A DNA stretch of 64,000 bases, taken from assembly GCF_009914755.1 (NCBI RefSeq), contig NC_060926.1; one strand, 5' to 3'. The number at the start of each line of letters is the position of its first letter. Within the stretch, counting starts at the first letter, position 1. This stretch comes from the human T2T-CHM13v2.0 reference genome, Homo sapiens. Below the pieces are notes generated by a model that worked only from the letters and a program-made list of their open reading frames with translations, made no database searches and had not been told where the DNA came from. The translations under genes were made by a program, and so were the position numbers. This document shows positions 1-14,611 of the stretch, in pieces.

Positions 1-1162
1 TATGCGAATAATCAGCAAGGCATTTGACAGCTTTTCTTGGTGGGTTTGTGGACACAGGAAGTGTGGGTTCTCTATCAGAGGTTGGTCACTGAAAGGGGTC
101 ACTGAAAGGGCTCACTGCAGTGTGCTGGTTAGTGAAATGATGACCCAGGAAGATGGGGCTCCTGAAGCCTTCGCCTCCCCCATCAAGCTCCATTTTGAGA
201 AGGGCCGCCCTCATTCTAACCCCCACCCCACCTCTCTACCCCACCTCTCACCCCAAACCCCCTAGTACCTCTGCCCTCATAATTTCTGTAACTCCATCCC
301 TCTACAACAAGCCCAGGACACTGGCTTTAAGCAGTTCCAGGCTCATGCCCAGGCCGAGCTCTGCCCACCGGGTGTGAGCCATACTGAGTGTGTGTGAACC
401 TGCACAACTGAAACACGTCTCTTTGAGGAACCTGGAACACAACAGTGAGCAAGGCAGAAGGAGAGCGAGGGAGTGCTGGGCTCTCCAGCTTGGGTGGTCC
501 AAACACCGCTGAACTTTCCTGGGGGTTCTCAGTAAAGAACTCTGCAAATGTCCATCTCAGAAGACACAGGAGGTTCAGTCCCAGACACCAATAAGACAAT
601 GCCCATGTCACCTGAACCTCCTGCTCCTCTCCCCAGCAAAGAAAAATCCCTGAGGATACGCAGCATGCAACTTGTTCTTTCTTAGGAATGTTTTGGAAAG
701 CAATCCAGATAACAGCCTGGAAAGAAGTTATTGGAAACAGGCTCGGCTGTAGCCACATTTTGATGGAGGAGGAAAGGAGGGTCGGACGCCAGGTGTGGCA
801 GGGGGCAGATGATGGCGGGCTGGTGATGAGAAACCCTAGCCCCTTCCCCCACTGCAGATCTGAACTGGAGAGGGGAGATCCTTGGGTTCACTATTTTTGC
901 TATTATACTGGGCCAGGCATTTAATTACTAAAAATGATAATTTGTAATGACTAAAAGTGGCAAGATAACATTTTATGATGTAAAAGCGACAAGAAAAATT
1001 ATGAAAATGATGAGCCCTACTCAGAATTCCTCCAGGGATGGGAGGCAAGAGGTCTATAGGCCCATAGGCCCAGGCATTCGCAGGAGTCGTCCTGAGGAAA
1101 AGGCAAGTTGCTTTGCAATTCTGCTGTACTGCATTCACCTGTCTCAAATGATGGTGACATTA

Positions 1163-1480
<318 letters not shown>

Positions 1481-2112
1481 TTATATCTATTTTAATCACA
1501 AATATTTCCTCGCTCATGCCAAATGCTGTTTATTTCTTTCATACTTATGAGCTCTAAAACTCATATTTTACAAAGATATAACTGTTGTAAAGTATAACAA
1601 AAATTATTTCTCCTCAGTTTTGTTTCAAATATATCCCTCTTTCCACATTCTTTAGTTTTTCTCATGGTTCCTGGAGCCTAAATCTTTTTGGCAAACGCAT
1701 CCCCAGGGTTTCACTCCAGCAGAATCACTCATATCAGCTGAAGGGTCTGTCTTCTGGACTTGCTATGTGGTTTTTATGTAGAGGGAAAAATAGGAGTTAT
1801 CTTTCCATTCCTCACCACTCTGCCCATCAAGACTATAATTTAATCGCCCTTTCATCTTTTTTAACAGTATCAGCATACCGAGATGATGATTTCAGCAGTC
1901 CAGGTTTCAAGTTCATGGTAATTACATTTTCCATAGAAGTCTGAAGATGTTTTGCGTACCACATTGCTTTAAAAATTGTTCTTCTCTGATTATAAAAGGA
2001 ATATGAGTTCATTATAAAGAATTTGGAAAATACGTAAAAATTTGAAGAGATAGGTCCCCTAATCTTATCACTCTGACTTCTTAAACGGAGATTTAAAAAA
2101 TAATTTTTATTG

Positions 2113-2560
<448 letters not shown>

Positions 2561-2795
2561 TCAGTACATTCCTTCTACAGAAAAATATGTAGAAGGAAGT
2601 TTGCCTAACTCCAGGATGGCAGCAGAAAGAAAAGGAATACACAAGAGGACAACGTTTAGAACAAATATGAGAGGCAGGAGAAGAGAGGCAAATGCACAAC
2701 CCTGTGTTCAAAGGCCCAGTTCAAATGGGGAGACACAGAGAGCAAGAGACAGAGACAGGGAGAGATGGTTAGAGGACAAAGAAAGGGACAACTGA

Positions 2796-3158
<363 letters not shown>

Positions 3159-4990
3159 TAAAGCTGTTTTCATCATCAAATTCTTACCCATTAATAGAGA
3201 TGGAAGACTTAGAGAGTCCTTCTTCTTGGGAGTACAATCTAGTTAGTGAGACAGGTGATATACTAATGGAAGATATTATCAGTACAAGATAGTATAGGCA
3301 AGAACCGAGGAAGTGGCAGCTCGGAAGAATGAGTGGTCTCCGGGGTTAAGGGGAGTTGCGTAAATGCCCTCAAAGAACGGGAACGGTCCGGCAGGGGTCA
3401 GGTGAATGATAGCAACCATAAGGTGGGATGGGCACCGCATGGCCAGGAGTTCTGCTCAGGACGGCCGTCCAACCACACTGGCTCACAGTCTCAAACCAAA
3501 AGTATTTTCAGGGCAACATCAAGTTAGCAAGAGGTTCAGTTCCTTCCTCTCTTTCTTGAAAATTGGGATCTTTGCTCATTTCCAGGGTCTTGGCATCTCA
3601 CCCAATGTAGGTTGGCACCTTGAATCTCCATTAACCTCCAAAGCCAGAGTTCACTCACAGCACAGATTCCCATGAAAGGGAACAAGAACTGGAATAGAGA
3701 CAGTTAATATTGCATTCGGTCCACTGGTGCATTTTTAACCCCTTCAACTCTATGAGAACTATGGGTTAATATTAATTTTATTGTGCCATAAAAAATTTGT
3801 AATTTGGATCTGCTAGTTAGCTTCATTTGATCATATGTTAAATGATCAAACAATTTTTTCTTGCTAAAGGTATATTAATACTTTAGGTCAGCATGTCATT
3901 TAGCAGCAGCAGCTTCTGTTTATCTTATTGATGATTGAGTGGAGAGGATGTGCGGCAGATGGGATGAGAGAAGGTATTAAATCATCTTCTAGGAGAAGGG
4001 AAAGCAGAGTGACATGGGCAGAACTGCCTGGCACTGCTAGGCACTACTAAGGTGAAACTAGGCAGCATGACGATGTCAGCCACCAAGGTGCAGGAGCGGG
4101 TGCAGCACAGGACGCCAGTGGATTTCAGGAGGACTGGCTTAGCTTTGTCAGGTGAAGCTGATGGAGGGAAACAGGAAGGACTTGAAGGGATATGCAACTG
4201 ATGATTAGAATTTCACCCCACTGAGTCTCAGTGGGGTCCTGAGTAGGACATGAGCTAAGATCAAGGGGATAGAAGTATGGTGGTGAGCTGATACAGTCTG
4301 GATGCTAGAGGGGGTGAGATGGAAAGTTGGGAGGTGGTTGAGAATAGAATGCTTGAAATGAAGACTACTGGTAACAACAAGGTCTAAAGCATGTCTATTG
4401 GCGGCTTATGTAGAAAGGGGGGAAGATCACTGGAGGACTGCAAATCAGGGAAGTGAGAGGCCAGTGTGTTGGAAGGTTTTTCTACAGGGATACTGAAATC
4501 ATTAAGAATCATGTGTTGTGTTGAAGAGAATGACAATAACCAAATTCTAATATTTTCTATTTTCTAGTAGGGGGTGACCCAGAAAAGTCTGTAGATGGTG
4601 GCAGCAAGGAGGAATGGGAGGTTTGATGTCAGCTAGCCTGAGCTGGATGCTGGTATCTTGGGAAGGAAGAAGAGACAGTTGTTTGCAGATAATATGGAGG
4701 AGGAAGGAGAGTACTTGCCTCCCCTGAAGGCCCAGTGATGAGAGGATTCAGAGAGACACCATCACTTCAGAGGGCTACAAGGAAGCTATGTCCTTACGTG
4801 AGATGTGGGTTTTCATTAGACCAAAAGGTGAATGGTGGAGTGCGAGCAAATGGGGATTGTTTTTATTTTGGTCTTACTGGTCATGGGCCATGAATTCCCA
4901 AGGACAGTGGTAGTGTTTGGGGAGTTGGAGGCAGGGGTGGTGGATGGACTGCATAGAGCTGCATGGGGGATAGCAAGGTTTCAATTTGAA

Positions 4991-5128
4991 TTTTTTTTTA
5001 AGAGACAAGGTCTCACTAGCAGGCTGGCCTCAAACTCCTGGGCTCAAGCAATCCTCCTGCCTTAAATTAGGCATGACCTGGGTCTTATATATCCCTATGG
5101 TTGGGATAGATGCCACCATGCCCAGCTC
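4991..5128 (-). mobile_element. Alu monomer (FLAM-like) with an internal foreign insert
   Basis: gagacaaggtctcac...caaactcctgggctcaagcaatcctcctgcc...ccaccatgcccagc. Confidence 0.75.
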
Positions 5129-5808
5129 AGTTTGAATATTAACAAAAGTGGAGATGATTTGGCAAACCTAAATATATTGAATGCTACGACTATGGACAAA
5201 GGAAAAAAAAAAACAGTCCCGTGTTTACAACAGCAGCATTAGGCTCTGATTGTTGAGCCATTCACACAGCAAGTTCCAACAAAGAGCACCATCATCGTGT
5301 ACTTAAAAAGCACGACTCACATTGTAGTTTATGGGTCCAAATTCCTTATGGAATAAAATGTCAGGAACACATGATTGTTGGTGCAGCGTTTCCTAGTTCT
5401 TCATCATTCGTCAGTTTTTCTGTGAGCAAACTTGACTCAGAAAGTCAGATGATAAGTCAGACAGGCTGTTTCCTTATATTGGGTATATCCTGAATTATTC
5501 CACTGTCTACTTTTCTATTATTCTGGACAAAGTTTTAATTTTTTTCTGTTTATGTTCCTCCTGTCCCCCTGGAAAAAATTTTTCGGGAAACTACCGTGCA
5601 CCAGGGTCAAGGAAGAGAAGTACATATCATGGCCCCCGTGTCTGGAATTTGCTTACCGCTTCAGTCTACAAATGTAACTTGACAGCTCATTTTCTGTCTT
5701 GATGGGTTGCAGTAGGGTTCGTGCACATGCGGCTTATTTAATCTGCATATTAACTACATCTATCATTTTGCTTTTGTCTTGCTGTCGTCCTTTTAATTAA
5801 ACTTAGGT

Positions 5809-6028
5809 CCAGCCTGGGCAACATGGCAAGGCCCCGTCTCTACAAAAAATTAAAAAATTAGCTGGGTGTAGTGGTGCACACGTGTAGTCACAGCTACCTG
5901 GGAGGCTGGGGTGGGAGGATTGCTTGAGCACGAGAGGTCGTGGCCACAATGAGTCGTGTTCTTGCCCACTGCACTCCAGCCTGGGTGATAGAGTGAGACC
6001 CTGTTTCATAAACAAAACAAAACAAAAA
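5809..6028 (+). mobile_element. 5'-truncated AluJ
   Basis: ccagcctgggcaacatgg...cactgcactccagcctggg plus an A-rich tail. Confidence 0.85.
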
Positions 6029-7399
6029 ATGTTAAGTGTAACAGGAAAAGAGAGGAATCGAAAATATGTTCAATCCAAAATGAAGTTCACAAACTTACTT
6101 TGTAAAATATATCTCCATCTTTTTTTTCTATCGATAGAAAAATGATTAGAAAGAAATCTACCAAAATGTTAAAGTTGTTTATCAGTGTTAGGACAACGGA
6201 TCAGTGAAGAACTAGGAAACGCTGCACCAACAATCATGTGCTCCTGACATTTTATCCCCTAAGGAATGTGGACCCATAAACTGCTTGAATGTGTTTTACT
6301 GCCCAGGTCATGCCTAATATAAACATCAGGGAGGGAGTCACCAATTCGTGTGTGTGGTGAACCGATTAATTCCTAATCTGAGGGTTTAGGTGAAAAATAT
6401 TTAATCTTGTCCACAGGACACTTTCAGTCTTAGTATTAAGCTTTTTTTTTTTTTGCCTTACTGCAAATTTTCTAAAATTCATCAAATTTCACAAAATTCT
6501 GTGGTTTGTGTGAATATGAAATGTATTTAAGAAGTATAGGTTATTTCAGTTTAGCAACTGTTTAACAATGACTGATTTTCTAAGTGATTCTGCTTACACC
6601 CAATTCCAATGTATGTGTTTTAAGTGTTTCTCATGCTTTCAACATAGCCTCAAGGTCCTAAACATGTTGACAAAATGTGGCCGGCTACCATGAATCAGTG
6701 TAGAGACTTTGGGAACTGTATCTGCACATCAGCTATAACTAGTGGCTAGTAATGAAGGCCCTTGGCAACAGAAGTCCCATAGCTGAGTGAATTAAGCTGA
6801 AGTAAACGTTAGATAATTCATGAGTTTGTAGACTGTTCTATATTGAGTACTCTATCTCCTTCTTTGGTTGTGAAGTACTTTTTGACTTTCTACAAACATA
6901 TATATTAACAATGACAACACCATGTGGTTAGTGTAAGCCACACATGAGAATACTGAGCAGAGAACTTGTGTCTGGAAGACACAGGAAAAGCTGCCTGGAG
7001 AAAAACACCTTCTCTTTGAATGCTTAACATGCATCATAGTGCTTGGAGCATAGTACCAGTTCATCGAACGTTTCCTGATTAGTGACAAGGAACCTGAATC
7101 CTGGTGATGAAGCTGGAGCCAGCCAGGGAGGAGGGGTGGGGTGGATGTGGGGAGGAGGGGAATTTTGGGTAAATGGAGCAGCAGACACACAGGCTAGGAG
7201 GCAGGAGCAAGTCAGACAGTGGGGCAGGTCCAGCTACTCCGCATGGCTGGAGGATGAGAGTGAGCATGTGTGTACTGGCAGGGCAGCAAATCAGAGGGAA
7301 ACATGACGAAGCAAAGGCAAGCAGCTGCCAGACCACAAAAGTCTTTTATGTCACATTAAAAGTTTGCATTTATCACAAGCATTTCAGAGGAAGTTTCAC

Positions 7400-7685
7400 C
7401 TTTTTTTTTTCTTTTTTGAGACAGGGTCTCGCTATGTTGCCCAGGCTAGAGTGCAGTGGCGAGAACACAGCTCAACCTCCTGGGCTCAGGCGATCCTCCC
7501 TGCTCACACTCCTGAGTAGCTGGGACCACAGGCACACACTACCAGGCCTGGCTAATTTATTTTTTGTAGAGACAAGGTCTCACTATGTGCCCAGGCTGGT
7601 CTCGAACTCCTGGGTTCAAGTGATCCTCCTACCTAGGCCTCCCAAAGTGCTGGGATTACAAGTGTGAGCCACTGCGTCCAGCCCA
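7400..7685 (-). mobile_element. AluJ
   Basis: Antisense dimer with an internal deletion. Confidence 0.88.
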
Positions 7686-10458
7686 GTTTCACTTTTGAAG
7701 CAAAATTAAAAAAATATCTTTAGAAAGATGACCCCATTCTGTATTGTAGAGAATGGACTGAAGGAAGGCATGACTGGAGAATGGAAGTCCGGTTAGGAGG
7801 CTGTTCCTATAAACTAGATGAACAATTGGGAGGGAGGGCAATGAGATGGAGTCGGTTATCTGGGGGGTGGGCACACAGGGTTGATGAGGTCAAGATGGTA
7901 CACAGGTCTCTGACTTGGGTAGCCAGGGAAATAATAATTAATGAGATAGGGACTATAAGAGTTATCACAAGCTTTGGGGCTGATGGAATGAGATGATGGG
8001 TTTCGTTTTAGATGTTATGAGTTGGAGGTGCTTTGAGTTTTGTATGGAGATACTTAGCAGGGAGTTGCATACATATTGGTCAGATATGGGAAAGGGAGGA
8101 AGGGCTGGCGGGAGGGGAGTTAGGCAGACAGATGTGTGCTGGAGGGAGGATCCGCACAGAGGAGCTGTAACAGTAGGTGTGTATGCTCTGAGAGGAGGAA
8201 GAGGAGTCTCAGGAGACTGAAAATGATTATCCTGAGAGGCAGGAAGAGAAGGAAAGAAGGATCGTTACACAGAGCCAAGAAAATAACTTCAAGAAGAACA
8301 TTTGACTTGTCAATATAGTCAAATGCTACAGAGATAAAGTGACATAAAGAATGAAAACCATTGAATTTGGCAACAAAGAGGCCAAAAATGACCTTTGTAA
8401 AAATGGTTCAGTAGAGTGTTGGGGACAAAAGGAACACAGAGGTGGTGTTGCCTACTCCTCTGAGAAGCTCCGTTGGAAAGGCTAGGGTTGTAGAACAGGT
8501 TGCCATTACTTTTTAATTGGTCCTTCCCTCCTATGAAAGAGGCTTGATCCTAAGGCAATGTGAATATAGTATTCTTCTTGAGGCTAATGATGCATGCGTT
8601 AAAAAAGGGTGGAGTGACAATGAGGATCTCAACTCTCCAGTCTCTGGTGCCAGGCAGCCGACTTTCCCAGTAATGGCTGAAAACAGCTGGCATCTAATCT
8701 CAAATCTCAGGCCTGTCTTTCTAGGGTCACTCTCATGTTCACCCCTCACAAAGGGACGGCACCCAGGAAATGGTCTCCCTGTCCTGGGCCACAATGCATC
8801 CAGCTCCGCGCTGCTGACCCATCAGGACCAGAGCCCCTGCTAATGGTGAGGCTCAGCCTGTACCAAAAGATACAACTGGGATCACTCAGCAGGAGGTAAC
8901 AAAAAAGAAGATTCAAGCACAAAACAAACTTCAACAGTAGGTACACAGTCGGAAAACAGAAAAGCTTTCACCAGGAAAGAGACATGCAGTATTTAAAGAC
9001 TTAAAATCTGAGCTGACATCTGGCTCCAGCAACAAGCTGACTGAGCCAACACAACCCATCATGCCACAAACACTGAGAAAAGCTATCAGAAATGTAACAC
9101 CAAGTTATGTTGTAAAATCACACAGCTAAGCTCACAAGAAAGGCAGCCAAAGGCAAAGCCCCCCAAAGAGGCCCATGCTGACATCGCCGGTACCCCTCGG
9201 GAAGGAGAGAAGACCAGGACAGGGGGGTATGCTGTCCTTATGTGCAACATTCTTCTCATGCGAAAAAAAAAATGAACCTAATGTGGCAAAGCAGTAACAT
9301 CTGTTTAGTCTGAGGGTGGGCACACAAGTGTCTATTATATTGTTCTGTACTGAACCACCTGCGTGAAATATTTCATTGACGTTTTAAAAAATTGGCTAAT
9401 TTCCTATTACTCCTTTTCCCAGTTGTGGGAAATGTTATTAAACAGATAGACATATTGTTGGTACATAATAGAGCTAAACTTGCTTAACTCACTTTTTATT
9501 ATATTTGTGTGTAATACTTTATAAAATTCTTGGCGTAGCTTTTCTTTCTCTAACTCCCCACCTCCTCTTTCTCAGCCCAGGAAAAGCCTTCCTCAGGGAT
9601 CCAGGAGCCAGCTCCTCTGTGGAGCTCTCTCGCACTCAGCTCTGGGTCCTCACTCCTCCTCCTATTGCCAAGGCCCCTTGTGAATGCCTCCAATAAAGCA
9701 CTAATGGTGTCACATGGTCACTATTCACCAACACCTTGAGGACAAGGGTAATGACTTATTCTTCTTACCCAGCACGTGGGTAGGAGGGATTCTGAGTCTG
9801 TACTGCTTTTGGTCATGGCCCAGTTTCAACATGGTCTTGAACCTCAAAATGGGGTAACTTAAATCTGGCATGAAATTCTAAGGTCTTCCAGAGAGAAAGC
9901 ACTAGGAATGGACCTGTGAGTTTGCTCAGCCTAGCATCTCTATACAAGCGTAAAACAGAAGACGTTTCCCTACAATTGTTCACAACGGCATAAAGGAAGA
10001 GCCCCCAGGCACGCTCTGAAGTTCTTCTAGGTCTGTGATGACACAGAAATCTAGCAGAGTCCCAGCGCTCTGCTTCCCAGTAGCCACACCCGTCCTCCCA
10101 CAGGAGTGCTGCGAACCAGCTAACTGCAGGGCCTGGGAGGTGGGCGTTCCCTTTCAGCTGAGCAAAGTCAGTATCTTCTTCACTTGACAAGTCTGTTGTA
10201 GGAGAGAATACAGATACTATACACTAAGTTAAGGTTGTTTTAATTACCTTCCAAAGTGCTTATGACAATAGTTTCTTTTAAATAATCTTTAAGCAGTTAA
10301 AGAGTCAATGACTCTTCAGAATATTATCACCATATTACTAAAGAATCCTTCAATAAAAATGACCATTAACTCTCGTAACAGGGCCAGTATTGTTCTATAA
10401 GTGGAATTAAAAGCCTAAGATATTAGCAAACACACACACGCATATTTTTAAACTACTG

Positions 10459-10464
10459 TTTAAT
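10459..10464 (-). terminator. Candidate distal poly(A) signal ATTAAA with downstream GU-rich element
   Basis: + strand tttaat at 10459-10464. On the minus strand, gcgtgtgtgtgtttgc (about 10426-10441) lies about 20-35 nt downstream. Confidence 0.6.
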
Positions 10465-13400
10465 CAGTTGTAAAGACACACAAATTAGAAAAAAAAAACA
10501 TGTCCTAAACATGTTACATGTAAGTTAAAAACACCTTTAAAAACCAGCAATAAGCCACCAGTGCAGCTCTGACAGACTAGAAATGAGTGGTTATGAAATG
10601 AGCACATCTCAGTTTGACTGACACAGTGGGAGTTTTAATTTACCGTACATCAGGAACTAATTTATGAATCTGTTGAAAAATAACACTTCTTTAAAAAAAT
10701 ATTTTGGAATAATAAAAACAGAAAGCACAGAACACCACATTCTATTCTCAACTTGGGAAGGCAAATGTAAATACTAAATTCTGGCTGCTGGAGTTGGGTC
10801 TCTCCTCATGTTTGGGCGACTGAGGGCTCAACTACTACTAGGCAGAGATCAAGACAACGTTTAAAGGAAGGCAGGAATGAAATCACACATTTTCACTCTG
10901 TATATGGAAGAATTTCTCACTTCACCTGAATGATTTACTTTCATTCCTATGGCCTTCTATCGTGCCCCTTCTGGTTCAGAGGAGCAGTCACATAAAAGTG
11001 ACAAGATGGACAAGACTGGTTTGGAACACATTTGTGTTCAATGTTTGATTCCTTTTTCCTTGTGATAAAGCCAGAGGCAAATGTACTTCATTGATAAATC
11101 TGTGTGCGCAGAACCAAAAATACATAAAATTGGGAAAGAGGCATATTTAAAAAGTCTGTCAAACTCTCAACATATATTTTCGTCCTTTAATGCAAAAGGA
11201 CAGGGGGGAATATTCAAATTGATTTCCCAAGAAAATTAACCTAAAATAGTGAACGTGAAACAGCTAAGACTCTGGTGAAAGGCAGTCAGTCACCTTTCCC
11301 ATTTCAAACATGTTACTAAGAAACTGCCTAGTCATTTTACTTATGTTGCTCTGTAACTTTTGGTTTTTCACTGTAGCATTTCCATTTATTTTTAGTGTGT
11401 GATTTGATAAAACATGGCTGGAGATGGCTATGAATCGCTGAGTAAGCTTCAGACAGCGGTTCTGCATGGGTCATCACACTATAATTTACAGAACATACAG
11501 TCTTAGTGTTGTATTTTTTCTTTATAAAAGTTGTACTTAAAGAAGAGTTATAATCAGTTTTAAAGGCAAGACAAATTAGTTGGTGTAAAAACTGTGTATT
11601 TAGGCTGTGTTTCACAAAATTTCCCAGTCAATGGCCTATGGAACGTGTCAGTTCTTTATTGGGATTTGCATAATGTTAAAAAACCTATTAAAATAAATAT
11701 TATTTTAAAACATACAAAAACATTATTCAGCAGCCTACCAATTAAAATGTAATTGGCTGCAACCTCTGTACAAGAAAAGCCTCAAAAAGCAGCTTAAGCA
11801 TTGATTATAAGAGCTTTCCTACAAAATACCGATGTGGAAAATTTCATTTTAAAATTTCTGTTGTAATCAGAGTTTCTATAAATAGATTTGACTACTTGGT
11901 GTTGCAGAAAAACACTGTAGAGACCCTCTATGTTCTAATCTTTCAAACTCAAATTTCAGGGTGTATTTCTCTCCTTAAATGCAAATCTTTTGCTTCAGCA
12001 TTGGGAGCACGCGTTCATCAAGAAACCCACTTTTACAAGGGCTGGAGAAAACAGAAATTTCAGCATCTAAGATGAGTGTATCAACGACCAGCCACTCATT
12101 AAATGCACACTGGGTTAAATGCAGCAGTTTTATAAGGTATTGAGGGCAGTTAAGATTACATCTCACAGTGTTATTTAGGATTCTGCACCTATATTAAATT
12201 TCAGCCAGGAAGAACTATTAACGCCTGGATAAAACTCCACAAAATACTAGCTTATATCTAAAACTCTGGACAAATTTTTAGCTGACACAGATATAGTAGG
12301 CACTATTCTGAAACAATTATTTTCTCAAGTAATTTTTCTTTCAATTATAATGTAGAACTGTTAAGACCAATTAACTAATAATTGTGAACAGTTGATAAGG
12401 AAACAAAAAAAGTATAAATGTCCAGATTTGTTCATGAATATACAAACTAAATACTTACAAGGTATGAACTTTAAATAGGAGAGATTTTTGTCCTAAAACT
12501 GTGATCTAGTCCTTGAGTAAAAGTATAAATTTATAATTATTTTAATGGCAAAAATTTTAAAGCTATTGTTTTCTGCGGTTTAAAATAAGGTGTAACTAAA
12601 CTAAATATGCTTTAAATATCCTTGAATAACTTTGAGATGTTATATAGTGGTAAACCCTGTCCAGTAGTCAGTAATCTGTATAAAATATTTCAGAGCATAT
12701 ATCTTCTCCAATTCCACACAGCACAGAAACCAACAAAGCAGAGAGAGCAAAAGGAAAACATGTTTTCTTCAGCAGAGACTATTTCATTATGAAACACTCA
12801 TTGTAAGAGCTATTGCCAGTAGAAAAAGTATGTTGCCATGCCTTCTGATTTAAGGGATTCAGAGGTTTCACTGTTATCATGACAACCTTTTGAAATGTCA
12901 GGGCTTTGAGCTCAAGTAGTAAGTCAATGACCATGACAATAGTGTGGACTGTGAATGTGCCCAAGTCCTTGAATCCTACAGACCTTGCTAATGGCTCCGT
13001 TCACGACACCCAACTGGTCCTGAACTCTTAGGATTAACCCGTTTGCTTATGGCTGAGGAACTTGGGGTCTACAGGACAGGTGGCTCCTCCAAGTCTTAAG
13101 TCTCATGAAAGGCAGAACCAGAATGAAGATCCAGGTCTCCTCCTAGGTCAGCTAGTGCTTAAATGTGAGTTACTGTCACTTTCTAGAAACCTCCTTTTTA
13201 CTGCACATTTTTCTCAAAAGTGGTATGTTTGGAAATCCTGTGTGTGTCACACATGGTGGAGACCAATAAATATATTTTTGAAGCAAATGGGCAGTAGTGG
13301 CTAATAAGAGAAGTGGTCACCAGACATTTTTGAAGCCAAATAAATCTTCTCTATCCTGCCGGATATTTTAGAAGCTAAATAAATTCCCCCAATTACCCTG

Positions 13401-14062
13401 AGTTCCAATAAAAATACTTACTTTAAGAACAGAATGAGCCACTTATAAAATGGTGACAGCTGAGGCATACCAAATTATACTCTTACTGTTTCAAGAAAAT
13501 GAAATTGAAGGATGAGTAGTTATTTTTGTTCATTTTTTCCCTGAGTAGTATATAATTAACCAAAAGTATAAATATGATGTTGATTGATCATCTCTAGAGT
13601 GATTTCATGATACCTGAATAGTGGAAAATATAAAACATAAATATGCATTGAATCTTATTCTATTGATTAAAAAAAAGCAAGCACATAATACAACGAATCC
13701 CCTTTCTATTTAACAGGAGTAGACGTACCAGTTTAAAATTCTTCTACTGTAAGTACTAGAAGCAAAATATTAATCTTTGTGATTATTACTTCTCCAAACT
13801 AGAGGAGAGATATCCAAAAACCATTTCATGAAAATAACTAGTTGATTCAGGGGTATGAAAATCAGTCAAACTGGATATGGAATTATTATCTTCGAAGGAA
13901 CCAGAAAACCAATCAAATATCTTGCTTTCTAGATGACAGTGCCAAGATCATATTCACTGAGCAAGAAACAGGTAACAGTGACTAAGGTTTACAGGCTGAG
14001 AAATAAATTCAGGTAACAGAAATGTGATTATTTGTAGGTGGCTAGATAGGCTGAACCAAAAA

Positions 14063-14066
<4 letters not shown>

Positions 14067-14092
<26 letters not shown>
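14067..14092. repeat. (CA)13 microsatellite in the 3'UTR
   Basis: Read directly from the sequence. Confidence 0.93.
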
Positions 14093-14093
<1 letters not shown>

Positions 14094-14286
14094 GAACAAA
14101 ACCCAACAAGTTTGTATTAAGCCTTCTTGTTTTCACTTATGACATGCCTGAACCTGTCTTTTAAATTCTTAATTTGTTCACTTTCTCTTAATAGCAGTCG
14201 GATTCTCTGCAACATTAATGAAAATGATCAAACATTTTACAGGGCAGGTACATTCCATGAACATTCTTTCTATTCTCTCACATTAA

Positions 14287-14611
<325 letters not shown>

